Shown here: positions 40,301 through 52,780 of the stretch, in pieces | Layout: every line of letters starts with the position of its first letter | How positions within the stretch are numbered: position 1 is the first letter of the stretch | Assembly: GCF_009914755.1 (NCBI RefSeq) | Contig: NC_060947.1 | DNA length: 64,000 nucleotides | Strand: one strand, 5' to 3' | Source of the DNA: the human T2T-CHM13v2.0 reference genome, Homo sapiens | Program-made: the position numbers and the translations under genes | The notes under the pieces: model-generated | What the model was told of the DNA's origin: nothing | The model's database searches: none | Seen by the model: only the letters and a program-made list of their open reading frames with translations

Positions 40301-43300
40301 AAACTTTCTGAGAATGCTTCTGTCTAGGTTTGATGTGAAGATATAGACGTTTCAAACGAAGGCTACAAAGTGGTCAAAATATACACTTGCAGATTCTACT
40401 ACAAGGGTGTTGCAAACCTGAACTATCAAAGGAAGGTTCAACTCTGTGAATTGAATACAAACATCACAAAGAATGTTCTGAGTTTGCTTCCGTTCAGTTA
40501 TGGGAAGTTGATCCCGTTTCCAACGAAATCCTCAGAGAGGTCCAAATATCCCCTTGCAGATTCTACAAAACGTGTGTTTGGAAACTGCTCCATCATAACG
40601 AATGTTCAGCTCCCTGAGTTAAACTCCATCGTCACAAAGAATTTTCTGAGAGTGCTACCGTCTGGTTTTTATATGAAGTTCTTTCCTTCACTACCACAGG
40701 CCTCAAAGCGGTCCAAATCTCCACTTGCAGATTCTACAAAAAGAGTGTTTGCAAACTGCTCTATCAAAAGGAATGTTCAACTCTGGGAGTTGAATGCAAT
40801 CATCACAGAGCAGTTTCTGAGAATGCTTCTATGTCGTTTTTAGAAGATATTTCCTTTTCCAACACAGTCCTCCAAGCCCGCTAAATAGCCACTTGCACAT
40901 TGTAGAAAAAGTGTGTCAAAGCTGCGCTATCAAAGGGAAAGTTCAACTCTGTGAGGTGAATGCAAACATCCCAAAGAAGTTTCTGAGAATGCTTCCGTTT
41001 AGCTTTTAGGTGAAGATTATCCCGTTTCCAACGAAACCTTCAAAGAGGTCCAAATATCCCCTTGCGGATCCCACAGAAAGAGTGTTTCGAAACTGCTGTT
41101 TCAAAAGGAATCTTCAACTCTGTGAGTTGAATGCAATCATCACAAAGAAGTTTCTGACAATGCTTCTCTCTCGTCTTTCTGTGAAGATAAAGGAAAAGGC
41201 TTTCAGGCCTTTGCCACCACAGGCCTGAAAGCGCTCCAAATGTCCACTTGCAGATTCTGCGAAAAGAATATTTCAAAACTGCTCTATGAAAAGCAATGTT
41301 AAACTCTGTGGCTCGAACACAAACATCACAAAGCGGTTTCTGAGAATGCTTCAGTTTAGTTTTTCTGTGGAAATATTCCCGTTTCCAAAGAAATCTTCAA
41401 AGAGGTCCACGTATCCACTTACAGATTCTACAAAAAGACAGTTTCAAAACTGCTCCATCAAAAGGAGGGTTCAACTGTGTGACTTGAATGCAATCATCAC
41501 TCAGAAGTTTCTGAGAATGCTTCTCTTTAGTTTTTACGTGAACATATACCCGTTTCGAACGAAGGCCACCCAGTGGTCCAAATATCCACTTGCAGATTCT
41601 ACAGAAAGAGTGTTTCGAACCTGAACTCTCAAAGGCAGGTTCATCTCTGCGAGTTAAATGCATTCGTCATGAAGAACTTTCTCAGCGTGTTTGTGTTTAG
41701 TTATGGGAAATTATTCCCGTTCCCAAAGAAATCCTCAGAGAGGTCCAAATGTCCACCTGCAGATTCTACCAAAAGTGTATTTGGAAACTGCTCCATCAAC
41801 AGGCATGTTCAGCTCTGTGAGTGAAACTCCATCATCACAAAGAATATTCTGAGAATGCTTCCGTTTGCCTTTTATATGAAGTTCCTTCCTATACGACCGT
41901 AGGCCTCAAAGCAGTCCAAATCTCCATTTGCAGATTCTACAAAAAGAGTGATTCCAATCTGCTCTATCAATAGGATTGTTCAACTCCATGAGTTGAATGC
42001 CATCCTCACAAAGTCGTTTCTGAGAATGCTTCTATCTAGTTTTTATGTGAAGATATTTCCTTTTCCACCACAGGCCTCAAAGCCCTCCAAACGTCCACTT
42101 GCAGATTCTCGAAAAAGAGTGTTTCATAGCTGCTCTTTCAAAAGGAAAGTTCAACTCTGGGAGTTGAATACAAACATCACAAAGTAGTTTCCGAGAATGC
42201 TTCTGTTTAGTTTTTATGTGAAGATGATCCCGTTTCCAGTGAAATCTTCAAAGAGGTCCACATATCCCCTTGTAGATTCCAAAGAAAGAGGGTTTCAAAA
42301 CTGCTCCATCAGAAGGATTGTTCAACTCTGTGAGTTGAATGCAGTCATCGCAGAAAACTTTCTGAGAATGCTTCTGTCTAGGTTTGATGTGAAGATATAG
42401 ACGTTTCAAATGAAGGCTACAAAGTGGTCAAAATATACACTTGCAGATTCTACTACAAGGGTGTTGCAAACCTGAACTATCAAAGGAAGGTTCAACTCTG
42501 TGAGTTGAATACAAACATCACAAAGAATGTTCTGAGTTTGCTTCCGTTCAGTTATGGGAAGCTGATCCCGTTTCCAACGAAATCCTCAGAGAGGTCCAAA
42601 TATCCCCTTGCAGATTCTACAAAACGTGTGTTTGGAAATTGCTCCATCATAACGAATGTTCAGCTCCCTGAGTTAAACTCCATCGTCACAAAGAATTTTC
42701 TGAGAGTGCTACCGTCTGGTTTTTATATGAAGTTCTTTCCTTCACTACCACTGGCCTCAAAGCGGTCCAAATCTCCACTTGCAGATTCTACAAAAAGAGT
42801 GTTTGCAAACTGCTCTATCAAAAGGAATGTTCAACTCTGGGAGTTGAATGCAATCATCACAGAGCAGTTTCTGAGAATGCTTCTATGTCGTTTTTAGGAG
42901 AAGATATTTCCTTTTCCAACACAGTCCTCCAAGTCCGCTAAATAGCCACTTGCACATTGTAGAAAAAGTGTGTCAAAGCTGCGCTATCAAAGGGAAAGTT
43001 CAACTCTGAGAGGTGAATGCAAACATCCCAAAGAAGTTTCTGAGAGTGCTTCCGTTTAGCTTTTAGGTGAAGATTATCCCGTTTCCAACGAAACCTTCAA
43101 AGAAGTCCAAATATCCCCTTGCGGATCCCACAGAAAGAGTGTTTCGAAACTGCTGTTTCAAAAGGAATCTTCAACTCTGTGAGTTGAATGCAATCATCAC
43201 AAAGAAGTTTCTGACAATGCTTCTCTCTCGTCTTTCTGTGAAGATAAAGGAAAAGGCTTTCAGGCCTTTGCCACCACAGGCCTGAAAGCGCTCCAAATGT

Positions 43301-46300
43301 CCACTTGCAGATTCTGCCAAAAGAATATTTCAAAACTGCTCTATGAAAAGCAATGTTAAACTCTGTGGCTGGAACACAAACATCACAAAGCGGTTTCTGA
43401 GAATGTTTCAGTTTAGTTTTTCTGTGGAAATATTCCCGTTTCCAAAGAAATCTTCAAAGAGGTCCACGTATCCACTTACAGATTCTACAAAAAGACAGTT
43501 TCAAAACTGCTCCATCAAAAGGAGGGTTCAACTGTGTGACTTGAATGCAATCATCACTCAGAAGTTTCTGAGAATGCTTCTCTTTAGTTTTTACGTGAAC
43601 ATATACCCGTTTCGAACGAAGGCCACCCAGTGGTCCAAATATCCACTTGCAGATTCTACAGAAAGAGTGTTTCGAACCTGAACTCTCAAAGGCAGGTTCA
43701 TCTCTGCGAGTTAAATGCATTCATCATGAAGAACTTTCTCAGAGTGTTTGTGCTTAGTTATGGGAAATTATTCCCGTTTCCAACGAAATCCTCAGAGTGG
43801 TCCAAATATCCACCTGCAGATTCTACCAAAAGTGTATTTGGAAACTGCTCCATCAAAAGGCATGTTCAGCTCTGTGAGTGAAACTCCATCATCACAAAGA
43901 ATATTCTGAGAATGCTTCCGTTTGCCTTTTATCTGAAGTTCCTTCCTATACGACCGTAGGCCTCAAAGCAGTCCAAATCTCCATTTGCAGATTCTACAAA
44001 AAGAGTGATTCCAATCTGCTCTATCAATAGGATTGTTCAACTCCATGAGTTGAATGCCATCCTCCAAAGTCGTTTCTGAGAATGCTTCTATCTAGTTTTT
44101 ATGTGAAGATATTTCCTTTTCCACCACAGGCCTCAAAGCCCTCCAAACGTCCACTTGCAGATTCTCGAAAAAGAGTGTTTCATAGCTGCTCTTTCAAAAG
44201 GAAAGTTCAACTCTGGCAGTTGAATACAAACATCACAAAGTAGTTTCCGAGAATGCTTCTGTTTAGTTTTTATGTGAAGATGATCCCGTTTCCAGTGAAA
44301 TCTTCAAAGAGGTCCACATATCCCCTTGCAGATTCCAAAGAAAGAGGGTTTCAAAACTGCTCCATCAGAAGGATTGTTCAACTCTGTGAGTTGAATGCAG
44401 TCATCGCAGAAAACTTTCTGAGAATGCTTCTGTCTAGGTTTGATGTGAAGATATAGACGTTTCAAACGAAGGCTACAAAGTGGTCAAAATATACACTTGC
44501 AGATTCTACTACAAGGGTGTTGCAAACCTGAACTATCAAAGGAAGGTTCAACTCTGTGAGTTGAATACAAACATCACAAAGAATGTTCTGAGTTTGCTTC
44601 CGTTCAGTTATGGGAAGTTGATCCCGTTTCCAACGAAATCCTCAGAGAGGTCCAAATATCCCCTTGCAGATTCTACAAAACGTGTGTTTGGAAACTGCTC
44701 CATCATAACGAATGTTCAGCTCCCTGAGTTAAACTCCATCGTCACAAAGAATTTTCTGAGAGTGCTACCGTCTGGTTTTTATATGAAGTTCTTTCCTTCA
44801 CTACCACAGGCCTCAAAGCGGTCCAAATCTCCACTTGCAGATTCTACAAAAAGAGTGTTTGCAAACTGCTCTATCAAAAGGAATGTTCAACTCTGGGAGT
44901 TGAATGCAATCATCACAGAGCAGTTTCTGAGAATGCTTCTATGTCGTTTTTAGGAGAAGATATTTCCTTTTCCAACACAGTCCTCCAAGCCCGCTAAATA
45001 GCCACTTGCACATTGTAGAAAAAGTGTGTCAAAGCTGCGCTATCAAAGGGAAAGTTCAACTCTGTGAGGTGAATGCAAACATCCCAAAGAAGTTTCTGAG
45101 AATGCTTCCGTTTAGCTTTTAGGTGAAGATTATCCCGTTTCCAACGAAACCTTCAAAGAGGTCCAAATATCCCCTTGCGGATCCCACAGAAAGAGTGTTT
45201 CGAAACTGCTGTTTCAAAAGGAATCTTCAACTCTGTGAGTTGAATGCAATCATCACAAAGAAGTTTCTGACAATGCTTCTCTCTCGTCTTTCTGTGAAGA
45301 TAAAGGAAAAGGCTTTCAGGCCTTTGCCACCACAGGCCTGAAAGCGCTCCAAATGTCCACTTGCAGATTCTGCGAAAAGAATATTTCAAAACTGCTCTAT
45401 GAAAAGCAATGTTAAACTCTGTGGCTCGAACACAAACATCACAAAGCAGTTTCTGAGAATGCTTCAGTTTAGTTTTTCTGTGGAAATATTCCCGTTTCCA
45501 AAGAAATCTTCAAAGAGGTCCACGTATCCACTTACAGATTCTACAAAAAGACAGTTTCAAAACTGCTCCATCAAAAGGAGGGTTCAACTGTGTGACTTGA
45601 ATGCAATCATCACTCAGAAGTTTCTGAGAATGCTTCTCTTTAGTTTTTACGTGAACATATACACGTTTCGAACGAAGGCCAGCCAGTGGTCCAAATATCC
45701 ACTTGCAGATTCTACAGAAAGAGTGTTTCGAACCTGAACTCTCAAAGGCAGGTTCATCTCTGCGAGTTAAATGCATTCATCATGAAGAACTTTCTCAGAG
45801 TGTTTGTATTTAGTTATGGGAAATTATTCCCGTTTCCAACGAAATCCTCAGAGAGCTCCAAATATCCACCTGCAGATTCTACCAAAAGTGTATTTGGAAA
45901 CTGCTCCATCAAAAGGCATGTTCAGCTCTGTCAGTGAAACTCCATCATCACAAAGAATATTCTGAGAATGCTTCCGTTTGCCTTTTATATGAAGTTCCTT
46001 CCTGTACTACCGTAGGCCTCAAAGCAGTCCAAATCTCCATTTGCAGATTCTACAAAAAGAGTGATTCCAATCTGCTCTATCAATAGGATTGTTCAACTCC
46101 ATGAGTTGAATGCCATCCTCACAAAGTCGTTTCTGAGAATGCTTCTATCTGGTTTTTGTGTGAAGATATTTCCTTTTCCACCACAGGCCTCAAAGCCCTC
46201 CAAACGTCCACTTGCAGATTCTCGAAAAAGAGTGTTTCATAGCTGCTCTTTCAAAAGGAAAGTTCAACTCTGGCAGTTGAATACAAACATCACAAAATAG

Positions 46301-49300
46301 TTTCCGAGAATGCTTCTGTTTAGTTTTTATGTGAAGATGATCCCGTTTCCAGTGAAATCTTCAAAGAGGTCCACATATCCCCTTGCAGATTCCAAAGAAA
46401 GAGGGTTTCAAAACTGCTCCATCAGAAGGATTGTTCAACTCTGTGAGTTGAATGCAGTCATCGCAGAAAACTTTCTGAGAATGCTTCTGTCTAGGTTTGA
46501 TGTGAAGATATAGACGTTTCAAACGAAGGCTACAAAGTGGTCAAAATATACACTTGCAGATTCTACTACAAGGGTGTTGCAAACCTGAACTATCAAAGGA
46601 AGGTTCAACTCTGTGAATTGAATACAAACATCACAAAGAATGTTCTGAGTTTGCTTCCGTTCAGTTATGGGAAGTTGATCCCGTTTCCAACGAAATCCTC
46701 AGAGAGGTCCAAATATCCCCTTGCAGATTCTACAAAACGTGTGTTTGGAAACTGCTCCATCATAACGAATGTTCAGCTCCCTGAGTTAAACTCCATCGTC
46801 ACAAAGAATTTTCTGAGAGTGCTACCGTCTGGTTTTTATATGAAGTTCTTTCCTTCACTACCACAGGCCTCAAAGCGGTCCAAATCTCCACTTGCAGATT
46901 CTACAAAAAGAGTGTTTGCAAACTGCTCTATCAAAAGGAATGTTCAACTCTGGGAGTTGAATGCAATCATCACAGAGCAGTTTCTGAGAATGCTTCTATG
47001 TCGTTTTTAGAAGATATTTCCTTTTCCAACACAGTCCTCCAAGCCCGCTAAATAGCCACTTGCACATTGTAGAAAAAGTGTGTCAAAGCTGCGCTATCAA
47101 AGGGAAAGTTCAACTCTGTGAGGTGAATGCAAACATCCCAAAGAAGTTTCTGAGAATGCTTCCGTTTAGCTTTTAGGTGAAGATTATCCCGTTTCCAACG
47201 AAACCTTCAAAGAGGTCCAAATATCCCCTTGCGGATCCCACAGAAAGAGTGTTTCGAAACTGCTGTTTCAAAAGGAATCTTCAACTCTGTGAGTTGAATG
47301 CAATCATCACAAAGAAGTTTCTGACAATGCTTCTCTCTCGTCTTTCTGTGAAGATAAAGGAAAAGGCTTTCAGGCCTTTGCCACCACAGGCCTGAAAGCG
47401 CTCCAAATGTCCACTTGCAGATTCTGCGAAAAGAATATTTCAAAACTGCTCTATGAAAAGCAATGTTAAACTCTGTGGCTCGAACACAAACATCACAAAG
47501 CGGTTTCTGAGAATGCTTCAGTTTAGTTTTTCTGTGGAAATATTCCCGTTTCCAAAGAAATCTTCAAAGAGGTCCACGTATCCACTTACAGATTCTACAA
47601 AAAGACAGTTTCAAAACTGCTCCATCAAAAGGAGGGTTCAACTGTGTGACTTGAATGCAATCATCACTCAGAAGTTTCTGAGAATGCTTCTCTTTAGTTT
47701 TTACGTGAACATATACCCGTTTCGAACGAAGGCCACCCAGTGGTCCAAATATCCACTTGCAGATTCTACAGAAAGAGTGTTTCGAACCTGAACTCTCAAA
47801 GGCAGGTTCATCTCTGCGAGTTAAATGCATTCGTCATGAAGAACTTTCTCAGCGTGTTTGTGTTTAGTTATGGGAAATTATTCCCGTTCCCAAAGAAATC
47901 CTCAGAGAGGTCCAAATGTCCACCTGCAGATTCTACCAAAAGTGTATTTGGAAACTGCTCCATCAACAGGCATGTTCAGCTCTGTGAGTGAAACTCCATC
48001 ATCACAAAGAATATTCTGAGAATGCTTCCGTTTGCCTTTTATATGAAGTTCCTTCCTATACGACCGTAGGCCTCAAAGCAGTCCAAATCTCCATTTGCAG
48101 ATTCTACAAAAAGAGTGATTCCAATCTGCTCTATCAATAGGATTGTTCAACTCCATGAGTTGAATGCCATCCTCACAAAGTCGTTTCTGAGAATGCTTCT
48201 ATCTAGTTTTTATGTGAAGATATTTCCTTTTCCACCACAGGCCTCAAAGCCCTCCAAACGTCCACTTGCAGATTCTCGAAAAAGAGTGTTTCATAGCTGC
48301 TCTTTCAAAAGGAAAGTTCAACTCTGGGAGTTGAATACAAACATCACAAAGTAGTTTCCGAGAATGCTTCTGTTTAGTTTTTATGTGAAGATGATCCCGT
48401 TTCCAGTGAAATCTTCAAAGAGGTCCACATATCCCCTTGCAGATTCCAAAGAAAGAGGGTTTCAAAACTGCTCCATCAGAAGGATTGTTCAACTCTGTGA
48501 GTTGAATGCAGTCATCGCAGAAAACTTTCTGAGAATGCTTCTGTCTAGGTTTGATGTGAAGATATAGACGTTTCAAATGAAGGCTACAAAGTGGTCAAAA
48601 TATACACTTGCAGATTCTACTACAAGGGTGTTGCAAACCTGAACTATCAAAGGAAGGTTCAACTCTGTGAGTTGAATACAAACATCACAAAGAATGTTCT
48701 GAGTTTGCTTCCGTTCAGTTATGGGAAGCTGATCCCGTTTCCAACGAAATCCTCAGAGAGGTCCAAATATCCCCTTGCAGATTCTACAAAACGTGTGTTT
48801 GGAAATTGCTCCATCATAACGAATGTTCAGCTCCCTGAGTTAAACTCCATCGTCACAAAGAATTTTCTGAGAGTGCTACCGTCTGGTTTTTATATGAAGT
48901 TCTTTCCTTCACTACCACTGGCCTCAAAGCGGTCCAAATCTCCACTTGCAGATTCTACAAAAAGAGTGTTTGCAAACTGCTCTATCAAAAGGAATGTTCA
49001 ACTCTGGGAGTTGAATGCAATCATCACAGAGCAGTTTCTGAGAATGCTTCTATGTCGTTTTTAGGAGAAGATATTTCCTTTTCCAACACAGTCCTCCAAG
49101 TCCGCTAAATAGCCACTTGCACATTGTAGAAAAAGTGTGTCAAAGCTGCGCTATCAAAGGGAAAGTTCAACTCTGAGAGGTGAATGCAAACATCCCAAAG
49201 AAGTTTCTGAGAGTGCTTCCGTTTAGCTTTTAGGTGAAGATTATCCCGTTTCCAACGAAACCTTCAAAGAAGTCCAAATATCCCCTTGCGGATCCCACAG

Positions 49301-52300
49301 AAAGAGTGTTTCGAAACTGCTGTTTCAAAAGGAATCTTCAACTCTGTGAGTTGAATGCAATCATCACAAAGAAGTTTCTGACAATGCTTCTCTCTCGTCT
49401 TTCTGTGAAGATAAAGGAAAAGGCTTTCAGGCCTTTGCCACCACAGGCCTGAAAGCGCTCCAAATGTCCACTTGCAGATTCTGCCAAAAGAATATTTCAA
49501 AACTGCTCTATGAAAAGCAATGTTAAACTCTGTGGCTGGAACACAAACATCACAAAGCGGTTTCTGAGAATGTTTCAGTGTAGTTTTTCTGTGGAAATAT
49601 TCCCGTTTCCAAAGAAATCTTCAAAGAGGTCCACGTATCCACTTACAGATTCTACAAAAAGACAGTTTCAAAACTGCTCCATCAAAAGGAGGGTTCAACT
49701 GTGTGACTTGAATGCAATCATCACTCAGAAGTTTCTGAGAATGCTTCTCTTTAGTTTTTACGTGAACATATACCCGTTTCGAACGAAGGCCACCCAGTGG
49801 TCCAAATATCCACTTGCAGATTCTACAGAAAGAGTGTTTCGAACCTGAACTCTCAAAGGCAGGTTCATCTCTGCGAGTTAAATGCATTCATCATGAAGAA
49901 CTTTCTCAGAGTGTTTGTGCTTAGTTATGGGAAATTATTCCCGTTTCCAACGAAATCCTCAGAGTGGTCCAAATATCCACCTGCAGATTCTACCAAAAGT
50001 GTATTTGGAAACTGCTCCATCAAAAGGCATGTTCAGCTCTGTGAGTGAAACTCCATCATCACAAAGAATATTCTGAGAATGCTTCCGTTTGCCTTTTATC
50101 TGAAGTTCCTTCCTATACGACCGTAGGCCTCAAAGCAGTCCAAATCTCCATTTGCAGATTCTACAAAAAGAGTGATTCCAATCTGCTCTATCAATAGGAT
50201 TGTTCAACTCCATGAGTTGAATGCCATCCTCCAAAGTCGTTTCTGAGAATGCTTCTATCTAGTTTTTATGTGAAGATATTTCCTTTTCCACCACAGGCCT
50301 CAAAGCCCTCCAAACGTCCACTTGCAGATTCTCGAAAAAGAGTGTTTCATAGCTGCTCTTTCAAAAGGAAAGTTCAACTCTGGCAGTTGAATACAAACAT
50401 CACAAAGTAGTTTCCGAGAATGCTTCTGTTTAGTTTTTATGTGAAGATGATCCCGTTTCCAGTGAAATCTTCAAAGAGGTCCACATATCCCCTTGCAGAT
50501 TCCAAAGAAAGAGGGTTTCAAAACTGCTCCATCAGAAGGATTGTTCAACTCTGTGAGTTGAATGCAGTCATCGCAGAAAACTTTCTGAGAATGCTTCTGT
50601 CTAGGTTTGATGTGAAGATATAGACGTTTCAAACGAAGGCTACAAAGTGGTCAAAATATACACTTGCAGATTCTACTACAAGGGTGTTGCAAACCTGAAC
50701 TATCAAAGGAAGGTTCAACTCTGTGAGTTGAATACAAACATCACAAAGAATGTTCTGAGTTTGCTTCCGTTCAGTTATGGGAAGTTGATCCCGTTTCCAA
50801 CGAAATCCTCAGAGAGGTCCAAATATCCCCTTGCAGATTCTACAAAACGTGTGTTTGGAAACTGCTCCATCATAACGAATGTTCAGCTCCCTGAGTTAAA
50901 CTCCATCGTCACAAAGAATTTTCTGAGAGTGCTACCGTCTGGTTTTTATATGAAGTTCTTTCCTTCACTACCACAGGCCTCAAAGCGGTCCAAATCTCCA
51001 CTTGCAGATTCTACAAAAAGAGTGTTTGCAAACTGCTCTATCAAAAGGAATGTTCAACTCTGGGAGTTGAATGCAATCATCACAGAGCAGTTTCTGAGAA
51101 TGCTTCTATGTCGTTTTTAGGAGAAGATATTTCCTTTTCCAACACAGTCCTCCAAGCCCGCTAAATAGCCACTTGCACATTGTAGAAAAAGTGTGTCAAA
51201 GCTGCGCTATCAAAGGGAAAGTTCAACTCTGTGAGGTGAATGCAAACATCCCAAAGAAGTTTCTGAGAATGCTTCCGTTTAGCTTTTAGGTGAAGATTAT
51301 CCCGTTTCCAACGAAACCTTCAAAGAGGTCCAAATATCCCCTTGCGGATCCCACAGAAAGAGTGTTTCGAAACTGCTGTTTCAAAAGGAATCTTCAACTC
51401 TGTGAGTTGAATGCAATCATCACAAAGAAGTTTCTGACAATGCTTCTCTCTCGTCTTTCTGTGAAGATAAAGGAAAAGGCTTTCAGGCCTTTGCCACCAC
51501 AGGCCTGAAAGCGCTCCAAATGTCCACTTGCAGATTCTGCGAAAAGAATATTTCAAAACTGCTCTATGAAAAGCAATGTTAAACTCTGTGGCTCGAACAC
51601 AAACATCACAAAGCAGTTTCTGAGAATGCTTCAGTTTAGTTTTTCTGTGGAAATATTCCCGTTTCCAAAGAAATCTTCAAAGAGGTCCACGTATCCACTT
51701 ACAGATTCTACAAAAAGACAGTTTCAAAACTGCTCCATCAAAAGGAGGGTTCAACTGTGTGACTTGAATGCAATCATCACTCAGAAGTTTCTGAGAATGC
51801 TTCTCTTTAGTTTTTACGTGAACATATACCCGTTTCGAACGAAGGCCAGCCAGTGGTCCAAATATCCACATGCAGATTCTACAGAAAGAGTGTTTCGAAC
51901 CTGAACTCTCAAAGGCAGGTTCATCTCTGCGAGTTAAATGCATTCATCATGAAGAACTTTCTCAGAGTGTTTGTATTTAGTTATGGGAAATTATTCCCGT
52001 TTCCAACGAAATCCTCAGAGAGCTCCAAATATCCACCTGCAGATTCTACCAAAAGTGTATTTGGAAACTGCTCCATCAAAAGGCATGTTCAGCTCTGTCA
52101 GTGAAACTCCATCATCACAAAGAATATTCTGAGAATGCTTCCGTTTGCCTTTTATATGAAGTTCCTTCCTGTACTACCGTAGGCCTCAAAGCAGTCCAAA
52201 TCTCCATTTGCAGATTCTACAAAAAGAGTGATTCCAATCTGCTCTATCAATAGGATTGTTCAACTCCATGAGTTGAATGCCATCCTCACAAAGTCGTTTC

Positions 52301-52780
52301 TGAGAATGCTTCTATCTGGTTTTTGTGTGAAGATATTTCCTTTTCCACCACAGGCCTCAAAGCCCTCCAAACGTCCACTTGCAGATTCTCGAAAAAGAGT
52401 GTTTCATAGCTGCTCTTTCAAAAGGAAAGTTCAACTCTGGGAGTTGAATACAAACATCACAAAATAGTTTCCGAGAATGCTTCTGTTTAGTTTTTATGTG
52501 AAGATGATCCCGTTTCCAGTGAAATCTTCAAAGAGGTCCACATATCCCCTTGCAGATTCCAAAGAAAGAGGGTTTCAAAACTGCTCCATCAGAAGGATTG
52601 TTCAACTCTGTGAGTTGAATGCAGTCATCGCAGAAAACTTTCTGAGAATGCTTCTGTCTAGGTTTGATGTGAAGATATAGACGTTTCAAACGAAGGCTAC
52701 AAAGTGGTCAAAATATACACTTGCAGATTCTACTACAAGGGTGTTGCAAACCTGAACTATCAAAGGAAGGTTCAACTCTG
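34400..52780 (-). repeat. 3-HOR super-repeat (6167 bp) x~3 (tail of U17 to U26)
   Basis: Unit lengths cycle 2057/2056/2054. The 3-bp deletion TTTTAGAAGA occurs at ~34676, 40843 and 47010. The ATTCGTCATG cluster occurs at 35499, 41666 and 47833. Confidence 0.9.
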
